This document shows, piece by piece, positions 38,245 through 52,415 of a stretch of 64,000 nucleotides of DNA. This DNA comes from Octopus bimaculoides. Taxonomy: Eukaryota. Position 1 is the stretch's first letter. Each line of letters starts with the position of its first letter. The position numbers were made by a program, and so were the translations under genes. The DNA lies in NCBI RefSeq assembly GCF_001194135.2, contig NC_068984.1, forward strand, positions 122,712,921 through 122,776,920, in the 5' to 3' direction. Under the pieces are notes generated by a model. The model ran no database searches and had not been told where the DNA came from. It was given only the letters and a program-made list of their open reading frames with translations.

Positions 38245-41200
38245 TTTGTTTTAATCTTTAATATCACAGGTACAATTTGAAGGAAATTTGGCTATTATTT
38301 CAAACAAGCCATGTGACTTTAGACCAAGTGTTAATAGTGTTGATTGAATGCTGGTGGTGGTATTGCAAGCCTCTGTGGCTGAGGTTTTGGTGTTGTTCTC
38401 ATCACCTTTGTGATCAGTTGTCATCACCCACCTCAATTTCAGAGCATAACTGCTGGATTTTCTATCTCTTTCTACCCCCTATTTCTCTGCTACTTCTATA
38501 ATCTTCCCAAGGATTGCAAATCTACTGAGGGATTTTATCCATACATCTTTACCTTTTTTTTATGTTGGTATTGTTGCATATATCAGTGGTATGTGTGTGT
38601 GTTTGTGATTGTTTCTTCGTGGTCAGATGACAGAAACTGTTTAAAGTGCCAGGCTAAATGGTGTTGCATGATTGAGCTCCAACTCTTTAGATTCCTGTTT
38701 CAAATCTCATCAATGTCAACATTGTCTTTCATCCCTCTGGGATCAATATAAGTAACAGCCAAATAAAATTACCGGGNNNNNNNNNNNNNNNNNNNNNNNN
38801 NNNNNNNNNNNNNNNNNNNNNNNNNNNNNNNNNNNNNNNNNNNNNNNNNNNNNNNNNNNNNNNNNNNNNNNNNNNNNNNNNNNNNNNNNNNNNNNNNNNN
38901 NNNNNNNNNNNNNNNNNNNNNNNNNNNNNNNNNNNNNNNNNNNNNNNNNNNNNNNNNNNNNNNNNNNNNNNNNNNNNNCCTCCTCCTCCTCCTCCTCCTC
39001 GTCATCATCACTGTTGTTGTATTCTTTTCACCTTGGCTGGCTTCAAGCAAGCATTGACTTTTCTATTATTAATAACAAAGTCACATGATTTTAAGTCTTG
39101 TCTCCCCCTCCACTTCCTTCTTCCTCCTTCTCTCTTTTACTTCGTTTTCTTCTTCCTGTATTTACTGTCTATGACCGTCGCATCTTTGGTATAACATAGA
39201 CTGCAGTTGTGATCGATAATGGACCAGAACGGTTACATGGCACCGTACAGAACTAACACACAACAAAACTCTGGCCACAATGAACCAGTCACTGCAGCTT
39301 TTTTATTTATATATTTATTTCTTTGTTGTTGCTGATTCGATAGTTTTTAGGTTGAATTCATCAGCAGCAACAATTTAGTTTGGCTGGCATTTTGAGAAAG
39401 CAAGAAGTTCCAATCTAGCTAATGGATGAAGAAATACCTCCGGGACAGGTGTATGTTCGCAGAATAAAAAGCAAAACAAGATGGTGGTTGTTTAGCCTTA
39501 TTGAGCAGAAATGGGATTGAAATTCATAGCATTTATTTAGGCATAGTGTATCTAGGACTACATTACCAAATGTGGTCTTCCTTGTTGTTATTGTCTAGTG
39601 CCAGGTAGGTCCTGACCCAGTAATCCAAAATCAAAGACATTCTAGCAAATTACCATTTCATCTTTTAATTAAGCGTGGCATATCTAGGATCACATAGCTC
39701 AGTGTGTCTTTTTTCTCTTTTTTTTTTTTTTTTTTCATTAGATGGTAATGCTATTATGTGAGGGAAATTTGGCTATTATATCTAACAGTGGGTGGCCACA
39801 TTGTCTCAAAGAAATGGCTGAAGAGTGCCCAGTAACTTGATAGTCTTTGTGATTTGTTTTGTCCTGTTGTTCTTTAACTCCAGGTCATCCCTGATTCAGC
39901 AACCCTATGATTAAAGATATTCTAGTTANNNNNNNNNNCGAAGGGCAAGGATTGAGGGAAATTGGGTTGCTACTTACAGCTGGTTGAGCAACAATATAGA
40001 GATTTGTGCTGAAGGTATTTAGTTCTGACAGTGTTATTTTCATCCGTTATCCAGAGGACTTATAATCAAAGACATTCCGTTCATGACCTCTCCATTTAAT
40101 TTTCAGACATAATGTACTTAAAACTACATGTCCTTTTATGTTGATGCTGCTGATACAGGCATAAGATGGAAGCCTATTAGCCATGGTCACTTAATAACTC
40201 ACCTATTCTCCTCTACCCTTTTCTATCACACCCACCCATACATACTGTGCTTGTGTAGATACAGGGTAGAGATCACCAGTCTCTGTAAATATCAATAATC
40301 CTTCTCCTACACTACCCACTTTTCCTTAGACTTCTTTTTTTTGTACATTACTACCTTCCCCCATACTACTACTGATACTGCAGCTGTTATTGCTACCACT
40401 TCTATTGCTCCTACTTTTACCACTGCTACTAATACTACTTACCACTGCTACCACTACTATTAGTTCTACTACTTTTGAAAACTGCAGCTGTCATTGCTGC
40501 TTCTACTACTACTTCTACTTGTTAATGTTATATCAATTACTTATACTCCACTGGTTAGCAAAGCAGTTACAAAGCTCATCTTCAGACTGGGATCACTGCT
40601 TCCTTTCCCCTCGCTAGCACCACCACCTTTTTCCTTTTGAACATGATAAAAGACAGGTAATGATTTACTACTTGCTGGTGTCTAATAAAGAGAGTCGTTG
40701 GTACATAGATGGAGATCAAGCGTTTGCTCAGTCCAAAGCTTTTACTTTCCGGCAAGTAATCACCGACAATCTTTTATTTGGTGACCATCAGGGAGCATAA
40801 CCGACAATTTGTCATCTTGATATACTTGGTTGTTTGGCATTTGGTTATAATTGTTTTCTTTCCCTGGTGACAATAGTGAAGACGATGTTTTTGTTGTTAC
40901 TGTATAACCCCAGGTCAGTGCTGATCAAGCAGACCTATGATCAAAAGCTATTCCAGTCGCAATCATTTGACCACCTCCCATTTCTTTTCTGAGGCAAAGC
41001 ATGTGTACATGTGTGATGACCAGTGTCTATCATACATAAGTTAGTGAGCCCCTCCCCACAAAAAAAACCCTTTTAAATCAACTGTGAAGTTATAGTTATA
41101 TTGATAAGAAAAGTCATTATTAGTGTTACTGCCTATCTGCCACTAAAAATATTGGACATAATGGTACCTTGCAGTATTTCTTCTAGCTCTTTACATTCTG

Positions 41201-43454
41201 AATTCAAATTCCACTGGGGTCAGCTTCACTTTCCAACCCTCTAGGGTCTATAAAGTAAAGTACCAGTCAAGTACTGGAGTCAGTGTTATCAACTAACCTT
41301 CTCTCCTAAATTGCAGCCCTTGTACCTGTTGTAGAAGCCATTACTGGTTAATCTTTAAAAAGGCAAGAAATCTATTCCCGAAATTTCACTCAACCAAAAA
41401 TCAAATGCATGGATGAAGGGAGTGAGTCACTGAAACATGTCCAGAGTCTTTATCATCATTGCTGCCAAAGACCATATTCTCTCTCCCTGAATGTTTGCAT
41501 TTAATTCTTGACTGACTAAAATTTCATTAATTCTCTCCTTTGACCCTTTTGATATTAAGTTTCATTAACCCTAATGACTTCTTGTTACATGTATAATTTC
41601 AGTTGATTAAAAAATTATTTTCAGTTTAGTACATTAAGTATGGTAGCCTGCACTTAACTATATGTTCTTCATTGCAAAAAAAAACGTCTTTGAGAAAATT
41701 TCCAGTGTATTTGAATATATCCCACCCAACCATACATTGTATGGTGTACCCTGGATCTCCCCTGTGAAGGCACATAGCTTAGTGGTTAGAGTGGTAGACT
41801 CTTGATTTTAAGATTGTGGTTTCAGTTCCTGGACCAAGCAACGTGCTTGTTCTTGAGCAAAACACTTTATTTCATTTTACTCCTCTCCATTCAGCTAGTA
41901 AAAGTGAGTAATCTTGCAATGGACCAGTGCTCTGTCTATGTGGGTAATATATACTCCATGGAAACTGGGTCTATATGACTCAGGAAGAATCTGGATCTCC
42001 CCTACAGCAATAAATTTGTTTCTGTTCTTCCCATCATATTTTAATCTCTCAGCTTCTTGTATCTCTCAATGCACCTCCCCATCTATTATTCTCCTCATCA
42101 GGTGAAGGGTGATTTGAGAGAGATTTGCCTACTATATCTAGCAAATTGGACAATCATGTCAGAGCGCCCTTGTTAAGTTCATTGTCTGTTGGTTATTTAG
42201 GTTAATGGCATTAGGGTTACGGTGTGTGTAACTCTTTGTCTAAGATTTCTTTAATCTTGAGCTGCCTTATTAAGTTACTGTCTTGAAATTTTTGTTTCAA
42301 TCTCTGACAAATCCTTTTTTTTTTTAATCTTTTTAACTTTTTCCTTTTCTTGCTTTTTCTTCTTTATAATCCCTTTGCTTCTCTTGAATTAGATTGGATC
42401 ACTTTAGATTGTGGAATGTGAAGTGAACTAGTTGCAGTGGTTGTAAGGGCCATGCTAGTGTTCTGTAAGTTAGAATGTTTCATGATGGTAGTGGTACTAG
42501 TCTTGTCTAGTAGTCATGTTTTATAGGAACGGTGATAGTAGTGACTGTGATTGATGTAGTAGTGCTGCAGTGTCTGTAATTTTTATTGTATACCCCCAGA
42601 TCAACCCTCACTGAACTGACCTATATGTTCAAAGGTAAACCAGACATGACCACCACTTCTTTTTTCCTATGTGCAGCAACATGCCACTCTCTATTTTTTT
42701 TTCTTTTTAACTCTTTTGTTGTTATATTTCTGTTAACATATACTGCCTTTATTTCAATTTTTTTCTGTTAACATATACTGCCTTTATTTCAATTAAGTTT
42801 TAAAATAATGAAGAATTTAGTAAAATAACTTTTTAATTATTAAACTAGGGCCTGGAACAATTTAGCATAAAATTTTGATAGAAGACTATAATTTAGACCA
42901 CTTTAAAAGAGTAAGTTTGTGTCATAGACCCTGGGGCACTCTCAGGCAGGTTGGTATCAAAAGGGTTTAAGAAGACAGGACATGATTTGAAGGTTTGGCT
43001 GCTATTTTTAACTGCTCAAGCAATCAACTAGAAGCTCTTTTGTTAACTCATGATATCTGGTATTGAGTTTTGTTGATAATAGTATCAAAATTGTTGATGA
43101 TAATATGATATTGTAAAGGGATAACAATGGGGAAGTTGTTAATGTTTAATTCCAGGTAAGAACTATGATCAAAAGCTTTCCAGCCATGAACGCTCCATCT
43201 TTTATTTTTCAGGCATTGTGTATTTAATACTATGTTATCCCATGTAGTCTTTGATGTAAGCTTGTTTAGGATGATAGGGTAGAATTCAAAGGAAGTTTGG
43301 CTGCTATTTGTAGCAGGTCAATTGACTATGCTGCCAGTCTCTTGTTGCCTAAGTTGTGAAGTTGGAGCCCATGATGTCATATATGAATGATGGTTTTGTA
43401 ATGATGTTGTTGATGCCGCCATCAATGGTATTGGTATTATTAGTAGTGAAAGCT

Positions 43455-43493
<39 letters not shown>

Positions 43494-45132
43494 ACTATGC
43501 TGTATGGTGGTATGGACCACTAATGTTGCCAGGCATGGCTGTGTGGTAAAAAGTTCACTTCTCAACCACATCATTCTGGGTTCAGCCTCACTGCATGGCA
43601 CTTTGGGCAAGTGTCTTCTACTATAGCCCCAAGCTAACCAAAGCCTTTTGGGTAGATCTGATAGACAGGAACTCAAGAAAGCCTGTCGTATGTGTGTGTT
43701 TGTGATGCTTTGTCCCAACATGGCATAATCGTTGTAACTGATTGTACTGTTATAGAAGCTGTGTCATTTGTTTCCAATATTCTGTGAGAACATGTTTGTC
43801 CATGGTGAAATATTAATCTTGCTTGGAAACAGAAGAGGGTTGGCAACAGGAAGGGCATCCAGCTGTTGAAAATTTGCCTCAGTAAACTTTGTCCAATCCG
43901 ATGCAAGCATGGAAAAGTGGATGTCAAAATAGTGATGCATACAGTGGCATGGACCACTATGTTCCCATACTCACTTAGTAACATGGACTTCGGTATTCCC
44001 ATTCCCATACATCCATAGTGGTATGAACACTACGTCCTTGAATACACACACAGTGGTATAGATGGTATGACCCACTATATCCACTGCGATATAGGTCATT
44101 AGGCCTCATACATACCCACAATGGTTACTACCATTATAACCCCTGTGTACACACACACACACACACACACACTTGCGTACACATAGACCATTCTACTTCC
44201 ATATGGACGACCACTCTACCCACCCCATAACTTTGTGGTATGTCCCACTATGTCCCTCACTTATACAGAGCTATGTGCCACACCCAAACTATTCTGCCAG
44301 TGGCAGCAGCTGTGATGCAGTGAAGCTATATCATTCTACCATTCCATTGACATCTGTTGTTGACTCACAAGCCATAGATTGGCAGCTGCTGCTCCTGCTG
44401 TTGTTGTTGTTGTTTATTTTCTGCTGTTCTTAGTTGTGGTGGTAGTGGTGGTGGTGGTGGTGGTGGTGGTGGTGGTGGTNNNNNNNNNNTTTATTTTCTG
44501 CTGTTCTTAGTTGTGGTGGTAGTGGTGGTGGTGGTGGTGGTGGTGGTGGTGGTGGTGGTGATGGTGGTTCTCACTTGTTCTAGTTGTTGTTGTCGTCGTC
44601 GTTCATGTTCTCTGTTCTGTTTAGTTGCTTATTGCTGTCATTTGTGTTGTTCCTGTTATTGGTGCTGTTGTGTTTATATTCTGCCTCTGTTGTTGCACCT
44701 ATTGTTGCCTCCATTCTCTTTCACCTCCCACCACCTCTCTGTATGCATGCATACATGCATGTATGTGTATTGGGTGATTATTTACTCCTTTTTAGTCTTA
44801 TTTACACATATGCACACACGCATACAAATACACACTTCTTCACACACAACATGAATACATTTCTTCACATATATATACATGCACTCACATGCAGCATGAA
44901 TACACTTCTTCACACACAAATCCATTCAAACATGCACACTTTCACACACACACACATATTTTCTCTGGTATGAGCACTCTCCTAGACAAGCACTCTCACA
45001 TACACACACATGCACAGAAACACACTCCTTCAGATACACATTCTCAGAGACTCGCATACATTTAGACATATATACAGATTAACACACACATTCTCACCAC
45101 CAAGCAGGCACATACACACACACAACACACAC

Positions 45133-45169
<37 letters not shown>

Positions 45170-45840
45170 TCACTCATCTCCACTGATGGATTTAGTGTTA
45201 GGTGGGAGAGGGGTAGCCTTTCTTTCCTTATTAACATTAATTTTATGGTTCCTCCCACATCTAAACCTACTCACCCCTTCTTCAGATTCAATTAAGATTG
45301 GTTCAATCCTATGCTACAGCACAGCACTGATCTGTCAATTTTCTTTTTTTAATACCTAGTAAAGTAAACGTTTCCCCGATATTCTATTATCATTATTGCC
45401 ATCATGTTATCACCATCTTCATTCTTATTTTTTTTACGATTATAATTAAGGTAGTGGGATGGAAGAAACACCCAAATGACATGCAGTGTTTATTTTCGTC
45501 CCTTATAAATAATGAGGGTTCAAACCCAAACAACGTCACTAGAAATCAGTCGTACAACTGTCATACTGGTGTTTTATTCAGTTAACTACTCACTCTACCT
45601 GTTACAAATTGTGCACTCATTTAACTATGTTCATAGAGCATCGGATAACATGGCCCTGTGACATTTGTTTGTAGCGTTTATATTTTGAGTCCAAATCTCA
45701 CCAAAATCAACTCTGCCTTACTGGAGTTGAAAAAAAAGAAAAAAAAATATATCCATCAACTATTGAATTTAAATTACTAATCGCTCCCTTCAGATTTATG
45801 ATCTTGTGCTTATGTTACAAAAAAAAAATTCAAATTCTTA

Positions 45841-45878
<38 letters not shown>

Positions 45879-47559
45879 GAAGGCAGTGAGTTGGCAGAAT
45901 CATTAGCGTGCCTGGCAAAATACTTAGCGCTGTTTTGTTCATTTTTCATTCCAAGTTCAAATTCCACCAAGGTCAGCTTTGCCTTTTGTCCTTTCAGGAT
46001 CAATAAAATAAGTACCAGTTGCACACTGGGGGGTCAATGTAATTGACTACTCCCCCACCCCCGCAAAATTTTAGGCCCATTGTACCTATTAGAAAAGAGG
46101 ATTATTATTTGTGGTGGTGGTGGTGGCAGCGGTGGTGGTATTGAATTGGCAGGGTCATCAGAATGTTGGGGGTAAAAGTGTGTTTATGTTATTTTGTTCT
46201 GGTTCATTATGTTTCGATTTCAAATCTCCCGAGGTCAACTTTGTCTTTCATCCATTTAGGGGTCAATAAAATAAAATGCCAATCAAATACTGGGGTTGAT
46301 GGCATTGCCTAACCTCATTCCTTCAAAACTGCTGACCTTGTGTCAAAATCAAAAACATTATTATTACTACTACTACTACTACTACTACTACTATCATCAT
46401 CATCATTGTCATCATCTTATATTTCATATCATAGAGCAGTTGCTCTTCTTCCCAGTATTTGCTTTGATATCAATGTCATCCATGTCACACAAACTAGCTA
46501 TGACTGCATGTGAGTTGATGATACTATGCCACGACCAGTCATGATAGCATATAAGTCAGTGATATATCATACTACCACCATCAACCATCATAGCATTTTG
46601 AGCCTTCATTACCACACCACCATCACTAGAAGTCACACAGTAATGATACCATCGCACAGGTGTTATTGCACAAAATGAACTCCTATCACTATTTGCTGTA
46701 TTCTACTGACTATTGCCATTTCTCATGTGATGTTGTTTGTTAGCCTCTGGTTAATTCTGATTGTACCGACCTGTGATCAGAGGCATTCCAATCATGGCAT
46801 CTCATCTGTTTTCTTATGTACAAGAAATCATGTCTTTTTTTTTTTTTCGTTTTCTGAGGGGTTTTTTTTAAGATGGAAGAATGTGATTTGAAGAAGGAGA
46901 ATATGGCTGCTGTTTCTGGCAGTTTGAGCAGCTACATGGTGGCTTGGCTCCCTTGTTGGTTTACCTCATGTGATGTAATCTCGTTATGTCACCTGTAGCA
47001 TTCTAGCTAAAACCTTTGCCGTTATCCACCCTATGCTGCTGTTTTGCTGGGCTAGGGTTCAGGTATGTGTGTGTCTCTCTCTCTCTCTCTGTCCCCTATT
47101 AATGACTCAGACAAATATACCAGTAGCCTGCTACTACTACTACTACTACTACTACACTGGCAGTTTTAGTTCGGCAAGGCAGCTCTCACCAGTTATGCCT
47201 TGTTTCATTTATTTCCTTATATGTGTGTGTGCACATGTACACACACACATACACACACACATACACACACGCATACACACACACATACACACACGTGTAT
47301 GAATGTGTGCATGATTATGTATTTATGTATGGGTGTATTTTTGTGGGTGTGTGTGTGTATATATACGTATGTATGTACTTATGTAATATATGTATAGATA
47401 TGATTTTGTGTATGTATGTGTGTGTGTGTGTGTGTGTAAATGAGAAGAGAGAGAGAGAGATAAACTATTTCTTTCTTTCTATTTGGATTTTAATTGGAAT
47501 AAAATATCTCAATGGGGAAGGGAAGGTTTGAACTCCTTTCACTCTTATAATTGTTATTT

Positions 47560-48561
47560 GGGGAGAGGAGGGTTAAATACAACTACTTTCCTTATTTCTC
47601 TCCTCTTCTTTCTTCTTCCCTGCCCGATGTAACACCAAGAGAGAGAGGCTGGTGAGGGGGGTGGGGGTGGAAAGAGAGGGGAATGAGTTACAACCCCACA
47701 TTCTTTCATTGTTAGTTTGCTATTTTAGAAATACTGTTGAACGCTGCCGAAGAAATGATTGTAGAGAAATGGAGAGGAAAAAAAATCAATATCTTACAAT
47801 TTGCGTGTGTCGGTGTATGTGTATGTGTGTCCGTTAGCGTGTTCACCCGCCTTTCTCTTTCTCGCTCCCCATCTCTCCTTGCTCTCCCTCCCTCCCTCAT
47901 TTCTCATGCTGTACAAAGCTGACTGTAGTGCTGTTATGGCAACAACTAGTAGAATATTCAGATGATCACAATTGTGTCCCTATAGAAGCAGCAGCATTTA
48001 TATAATGAGATTGCTGGCATCCATCCTCCTATATAGTTTTCTGCAATAAAACTGGTGTTTGTTCATTGATTATTTATGCAACAAATCTCGTTGCATGTCA
48101 ACTGTCTACATGTAATCAGTTTAAATAGTTTCTCCCTTTCAAAGCTATATAAATATGAATACATTTAAATATATGTATTGTAATATATAACTGGTATTAG
48201 TGGCCACGTCTGTGACAATCCTTGCTCTTTTTTCGGCTCTTTATCACCACCTCTACACTCTTTTAGCCATTCCCATCTGTTGAAGAAAGAATAATAATAA
48301 TAATATTAGCTGTAGTAGTAGCAGCAGCAGCAGCAGCAGAGATTATCAATATCAATGTTATTTTGAGCTGTAACAGCTTCTTGTGGACTTTGAGCAAAGA
48401 ATCAATCAGTTATGCTCTCATCGTGGTCCAATAGAAAGCCAGCTAGCTAGTGACTGCTGACTCCCTTACTTCATCTGCTCTTGGCCAGAATGCCGACATA
48501 ACAACACAAGTTGCAGTGCAGGTCATAAAGCGCTAAAGGCGCGGGAGACAGAATGGTAAGC
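47560..48561 (+). promoter_or_regulatory. Promoter-like region plus a 5' UTR exon ending in ATG|GTAAGC
   Basis: CpG-retaining 47620-47880; X-box-like GCTGTTATGGCAAC at 47930-47943; (AGC)n in the UTR; donor GT at 48556. Confidence 0.5.
48553..48555 (+). CDS. Candidate alternative first exon contributing only ATG (phase 0)
   Basis: cagaATG|GTAAGC has A at -3, an in-frame TAA shortly upstream and a near-consensus donor. Confidence 0.45.
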
Positions 48562-49261
48562 CAGCACTCTATTTCTCCAAATATTTACTTCAAACCTTTC
48601 AATTTTAGTAGGAAATTTACTTTTTATTTTCACCATCATTTTTTAAAAATCTTTTTCTTTACTATTTTATTCATAAATTTATTTTAGCACTGCAAGGAAC
48701 ATGATTGTCTATATGTATATATTATATATAAAAAAAAAGTAACCACTTGTGGTTTAAAATGAAAATTCCTTTAGACTGCTTTCAGTTTCATTTTGAAATA
48801 TAGCATTTCTTTTAATTTTTATTTCACTTCCCTTTGATATTTTCAAAAATTATTTAGAATTTGTTGAAAAACATTATATAAGGAATATTCCACTTGATAA
48901 ATTTCTTCCTTTGGAAATTTTAATTTTGAGCTGTTTTCATATTTTTTCTTCATTTTCACATTTTACAGCTGAAAGAAAAAACAGGTTTTTTATCATTATT
49001 CTTGTTTTAGCTTTTACATCTTGGCATCTCCATTTTGTCTTTCAGTATTTCAGTTGTCAAAGATATCATACATTATCATTATTTTCCCCTTTGTCTTTTA
49101 TATGAGTGTGTGTGTGTGTGTGTGTAGGAAACATGAATGTAATGTATGTAGAGTGTATAATGTATGTATGTGTATATATGTAATACATATATAAATGTAA
49201 TGTATATGCATGTATGTGCGCATATCATATAAATAATGCATATGTAATTCATACATTACAA

Positions 49262-49324
<63 letters not shown>

Positions 49325-49980
49325 CATATTCATATATATAATGAATGAATGTATATGTATGTATATAAATAAGATATGTTTGTAATGTATGAGTGCATGT
49401 ATGTGTGTGTATAGATCATGAATTAATGAATGAATATGTGTGTGTGTGTGTGTGTGTGTATAATTCATATATTACATATATGTACTGTATGAATGTATGT
49501 GTGTGTCTATGAAATATATCTATATGTGTGTGAATTGCATGAATGTGTATCATATCTATGTAATGCATGTATATCTACAAAACAGCACTTCAGTTGTGAA
49601 CCATACACCCCACCTAGCTAATAATATATTTTAGAAGAGAAATTATAATAACACCTGTTCATTTTAGCATCTCTATTAGATGTGTATTCATACGAGTGTG
49701 TGTTGTGTTGTGTAGTATCTAATATTCGAGCTAATGATATTTTACTAGCTTAACCTTGTCCTTGAGATATTACTGTATAGTTCACATTAAGATGTCTATA
49801 TTTTTTCCTATTGAGGTACCTATCTATATAGTTTACAATGAGACATTTATTTTTAATGTTCAGTATTCAGATATACAATGAATATTGATTGTACTCATGG
49901 GTCTTTTTCTTTCTTTTTCTTTTTTTTTAGCATTTAGGCAAATTATGTTCAACACTGTATCTCTCTTGTTTTGTAACAAT

Positions 49981-50047
49981 GAGGTACCCCTTGTACATTT
50001 TCTCTATGTTAATCATGTTAGGTAACTAACTCGTCAGTGGGTACCTC
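49981..50047 (-). ncRNA. Decayed type I hammerhead-like motif
   Basis: Minus strand reads GAGGTACCCA-CTGACGA-GTTAG ttac CTAAC-(14 nt)-GAAA-ATGTACAA-GGGGTACCTC. Stem I has 9 bp and stem II has 5 bp; the cleavage region is non-canonical. Confidence 0.5.
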
Positions 50048-50128
50048 ACGTGATTAAAGATTGAGTCTTTTCATTCGAATTGATAATTTATTACATCCCT
50101 CCCAACTACGTAATGGAGGGTGTATAAT

Positions 50129-50177
<49 letters not shown>

Positions 50178-51413
50178 TGTGATGTTGTAACTACGGCCAT
50201 GTATGAACATGTATATGACTATATACGTATATAAGATGTGGGCTTTAAGATGGGTGTGTGTGCTTGTGTATAAAGAGCAATAAATATGTGTTTGTGCAGT
50301 GTGTAGATATGTGTATATGTGCTCATATTTTTAGATGATGATGCGGAAGAATATGAGTTGTATATGACATACACAAGCATAAATTTGTATCACTAACTCA
50401 TGTGTGTGTAATGCAACAACAGTTGTGTGTGTGTGTGTGTGTGTGATACACTTTATATTAATTCAAGTAGACATAAATCTATCTGTATTATAGCCCCTTG
50501 TGGGCAGTAAAGAAATAATAAATCTATCTATACAGCATAAGATGCTGTGTATATGTTTATGATATACATGTAAATACATCTATAATATAGTATTAAATGT
50601 GACCCTATAATATATATATATAAATGTATACATAACATTAAATGTTGCTGCTATAAAAAAAAAAACATAAGTGTATGCATAATACATTCTGTGCAGCTGT
50701 GTGTATATATTAAACTCTTACATATAGGTATACGCTTAGTACAGCATCACATGCTGCTGTCATCAACTATGTTAGCTGTTCACTAGTAGTAAACCACTAC
50801 TTCATATAGTATCTACCTTACTATGTTGTTCTAACTACCAGCTCCCACTACATTACCATATTTTTTTTTTTTTTTTTAGTATTTGCCTTACTATGGTTAC
50901 TTAAGCTACCACATCTCTCAGTCAATAGTATGCATCTGACTACATTGCTCTAACTATTGCCACCCACTCTGTGATAAGTAAAAACGCTATAGGATACTAA
51001 TGTGCTATGTTGCTCTGTCACCTCCCACTCACTATGTTACTCTAATTTCCATCATATCTATCAAGAGCAAAACAATACATTTTGTCTACCATACTATGTT
51101 CTATTAGCTTTCACTCCCTCATCATCTACTATACTATAATGTTCTTTCATCTCCCAACTCTCAACAGTATATACTATATTGCTCTGACGACCACATCTTA
51201 ATTACTCTGCTGATTGCATCAACCATTCTATGTTCTAACTACCAACCTTTCTCATCAACGCTAACTATATTAGCTGCTGTTTGTATAGCGATTTGTTCTA
51301 GTCGAGTGGCATTGGGGTGTGGTCCATTGTCGGCATAGTGTTAGGGTTGTAGCAATGCAGGTGTGTTTAACTGTTGTAATATTTGGGTGAATGATGCAGT
51401 GTATGGTTTAGAG

Positions 51414-51675
51414 CAGTGGTTTACAACCATTTTTTTGCCTGTGGACCCCTTAGATTCCTGTTTCACTCTACTAGACCTCTCCCCCATAGCTATTTGATGT
51501 TTTAAAAAAGAACCTCGTTACATTTTTATAATTAAATATGATTAGAAACAGTATTTAAAAGAATTGTTAAAATATTTTGTGTATTGTAAATGTATAAATG
51601 TATAACCCATTTATTGGACATAAACTTTAGCAACAAAATCTTATATGGACCTCCAAGGGTCTTGCAGAACTATTG
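51414..51675. mobile_element. hAT-like MITE
   Basis: Termini cagtggtttacaacc / gcagaactattg; TSD gtttagag / atttagag. Confidence 0.75.
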
Positions 51676-52379
51676 ATTTAGAGGGATATTACCTGAACAC
51701 TTAATAAAAATACCTGCCTCTGCTGTAAGCTGTATTTATACCACCACTACTACTACTACTACTACCTGAAAAATAGGTCTTCAGGTTCACACCTGCCACT
51801 TTCCTGGCAATAACATCTGTTAATTCCCCTCCAGGGACTTTCATTAACTGCAGTTAGATCTAATGAGATAAGAACAAGTTTGTTGTTTTGTTATTCCCAA
51901 AGTGAGAGTTGTCAGCCAGCTCAACTAACCAGTTAATACTATATGCTGCTTAATTCTCCCGCTCTAGTGTATTTACCCCTAAGCTATGTTATGTTATCCT
52001 CATTAAGATAGGTCCTAAATATAGCAAACTGTATGTCTTAAAATGTGGTACAGAGAGGTACCATATAGGAGACAAATAAAAACTGTGGTGATAACTGGCA
52101 GCAACATGCTGTGTGGCAGACCTACGCAGCTTGTGTCAGTTTAGAAAAGTGGTCATTGAATCATTGCAGTGGATTGCAAAATTGGTTATTCTTTCTTGTT
52201 TCAGTCATTTGATTGTGGCCATGCTGGAGCACCGCCTTTAGTCAAACAAATCAACCCCAAGACTTATTCTTTGTAAGCCTGGTGCTTATTCTGTCGGTCT
52301 CTTTTGCTGAACTGCTAAGCCATGGGGACGTAAACACATCAACATTGGTTGTCAAGCAATGGTGGGGTACCACACACAA

Positions 52380-52415
<36 letters not shown>

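Noticed and set aside
39740-39750. 3-nt ATG microexon (poly-T cattag|ATG|gtaatg)
   Set aside because: It lies inside the abundant SINE, whose consensus already reads ttttaagatggtag, so it is repeat-derived.
43505-44260. CRISPR-like repeat-spacer array
   Set aside because: The context is eukaryotic, repeats are short and degenerate, spacers are irregular and there are no cas genes.
44413-44560. Direct duplication ttattttctgctgttcttagttgtggtggt on both sides of a 10-N gap
   Set aside because: This is most likely an unmerged contig overlap at a (GGT)n array, i.e. an assembly artefact.
49931-49983. 53-nt + strand exon after a strong pyrimidine tract
   Set aside because: It shifts frame, has a weak donor (GTACCC), and its end overlaps the hammerhead-like remnant.
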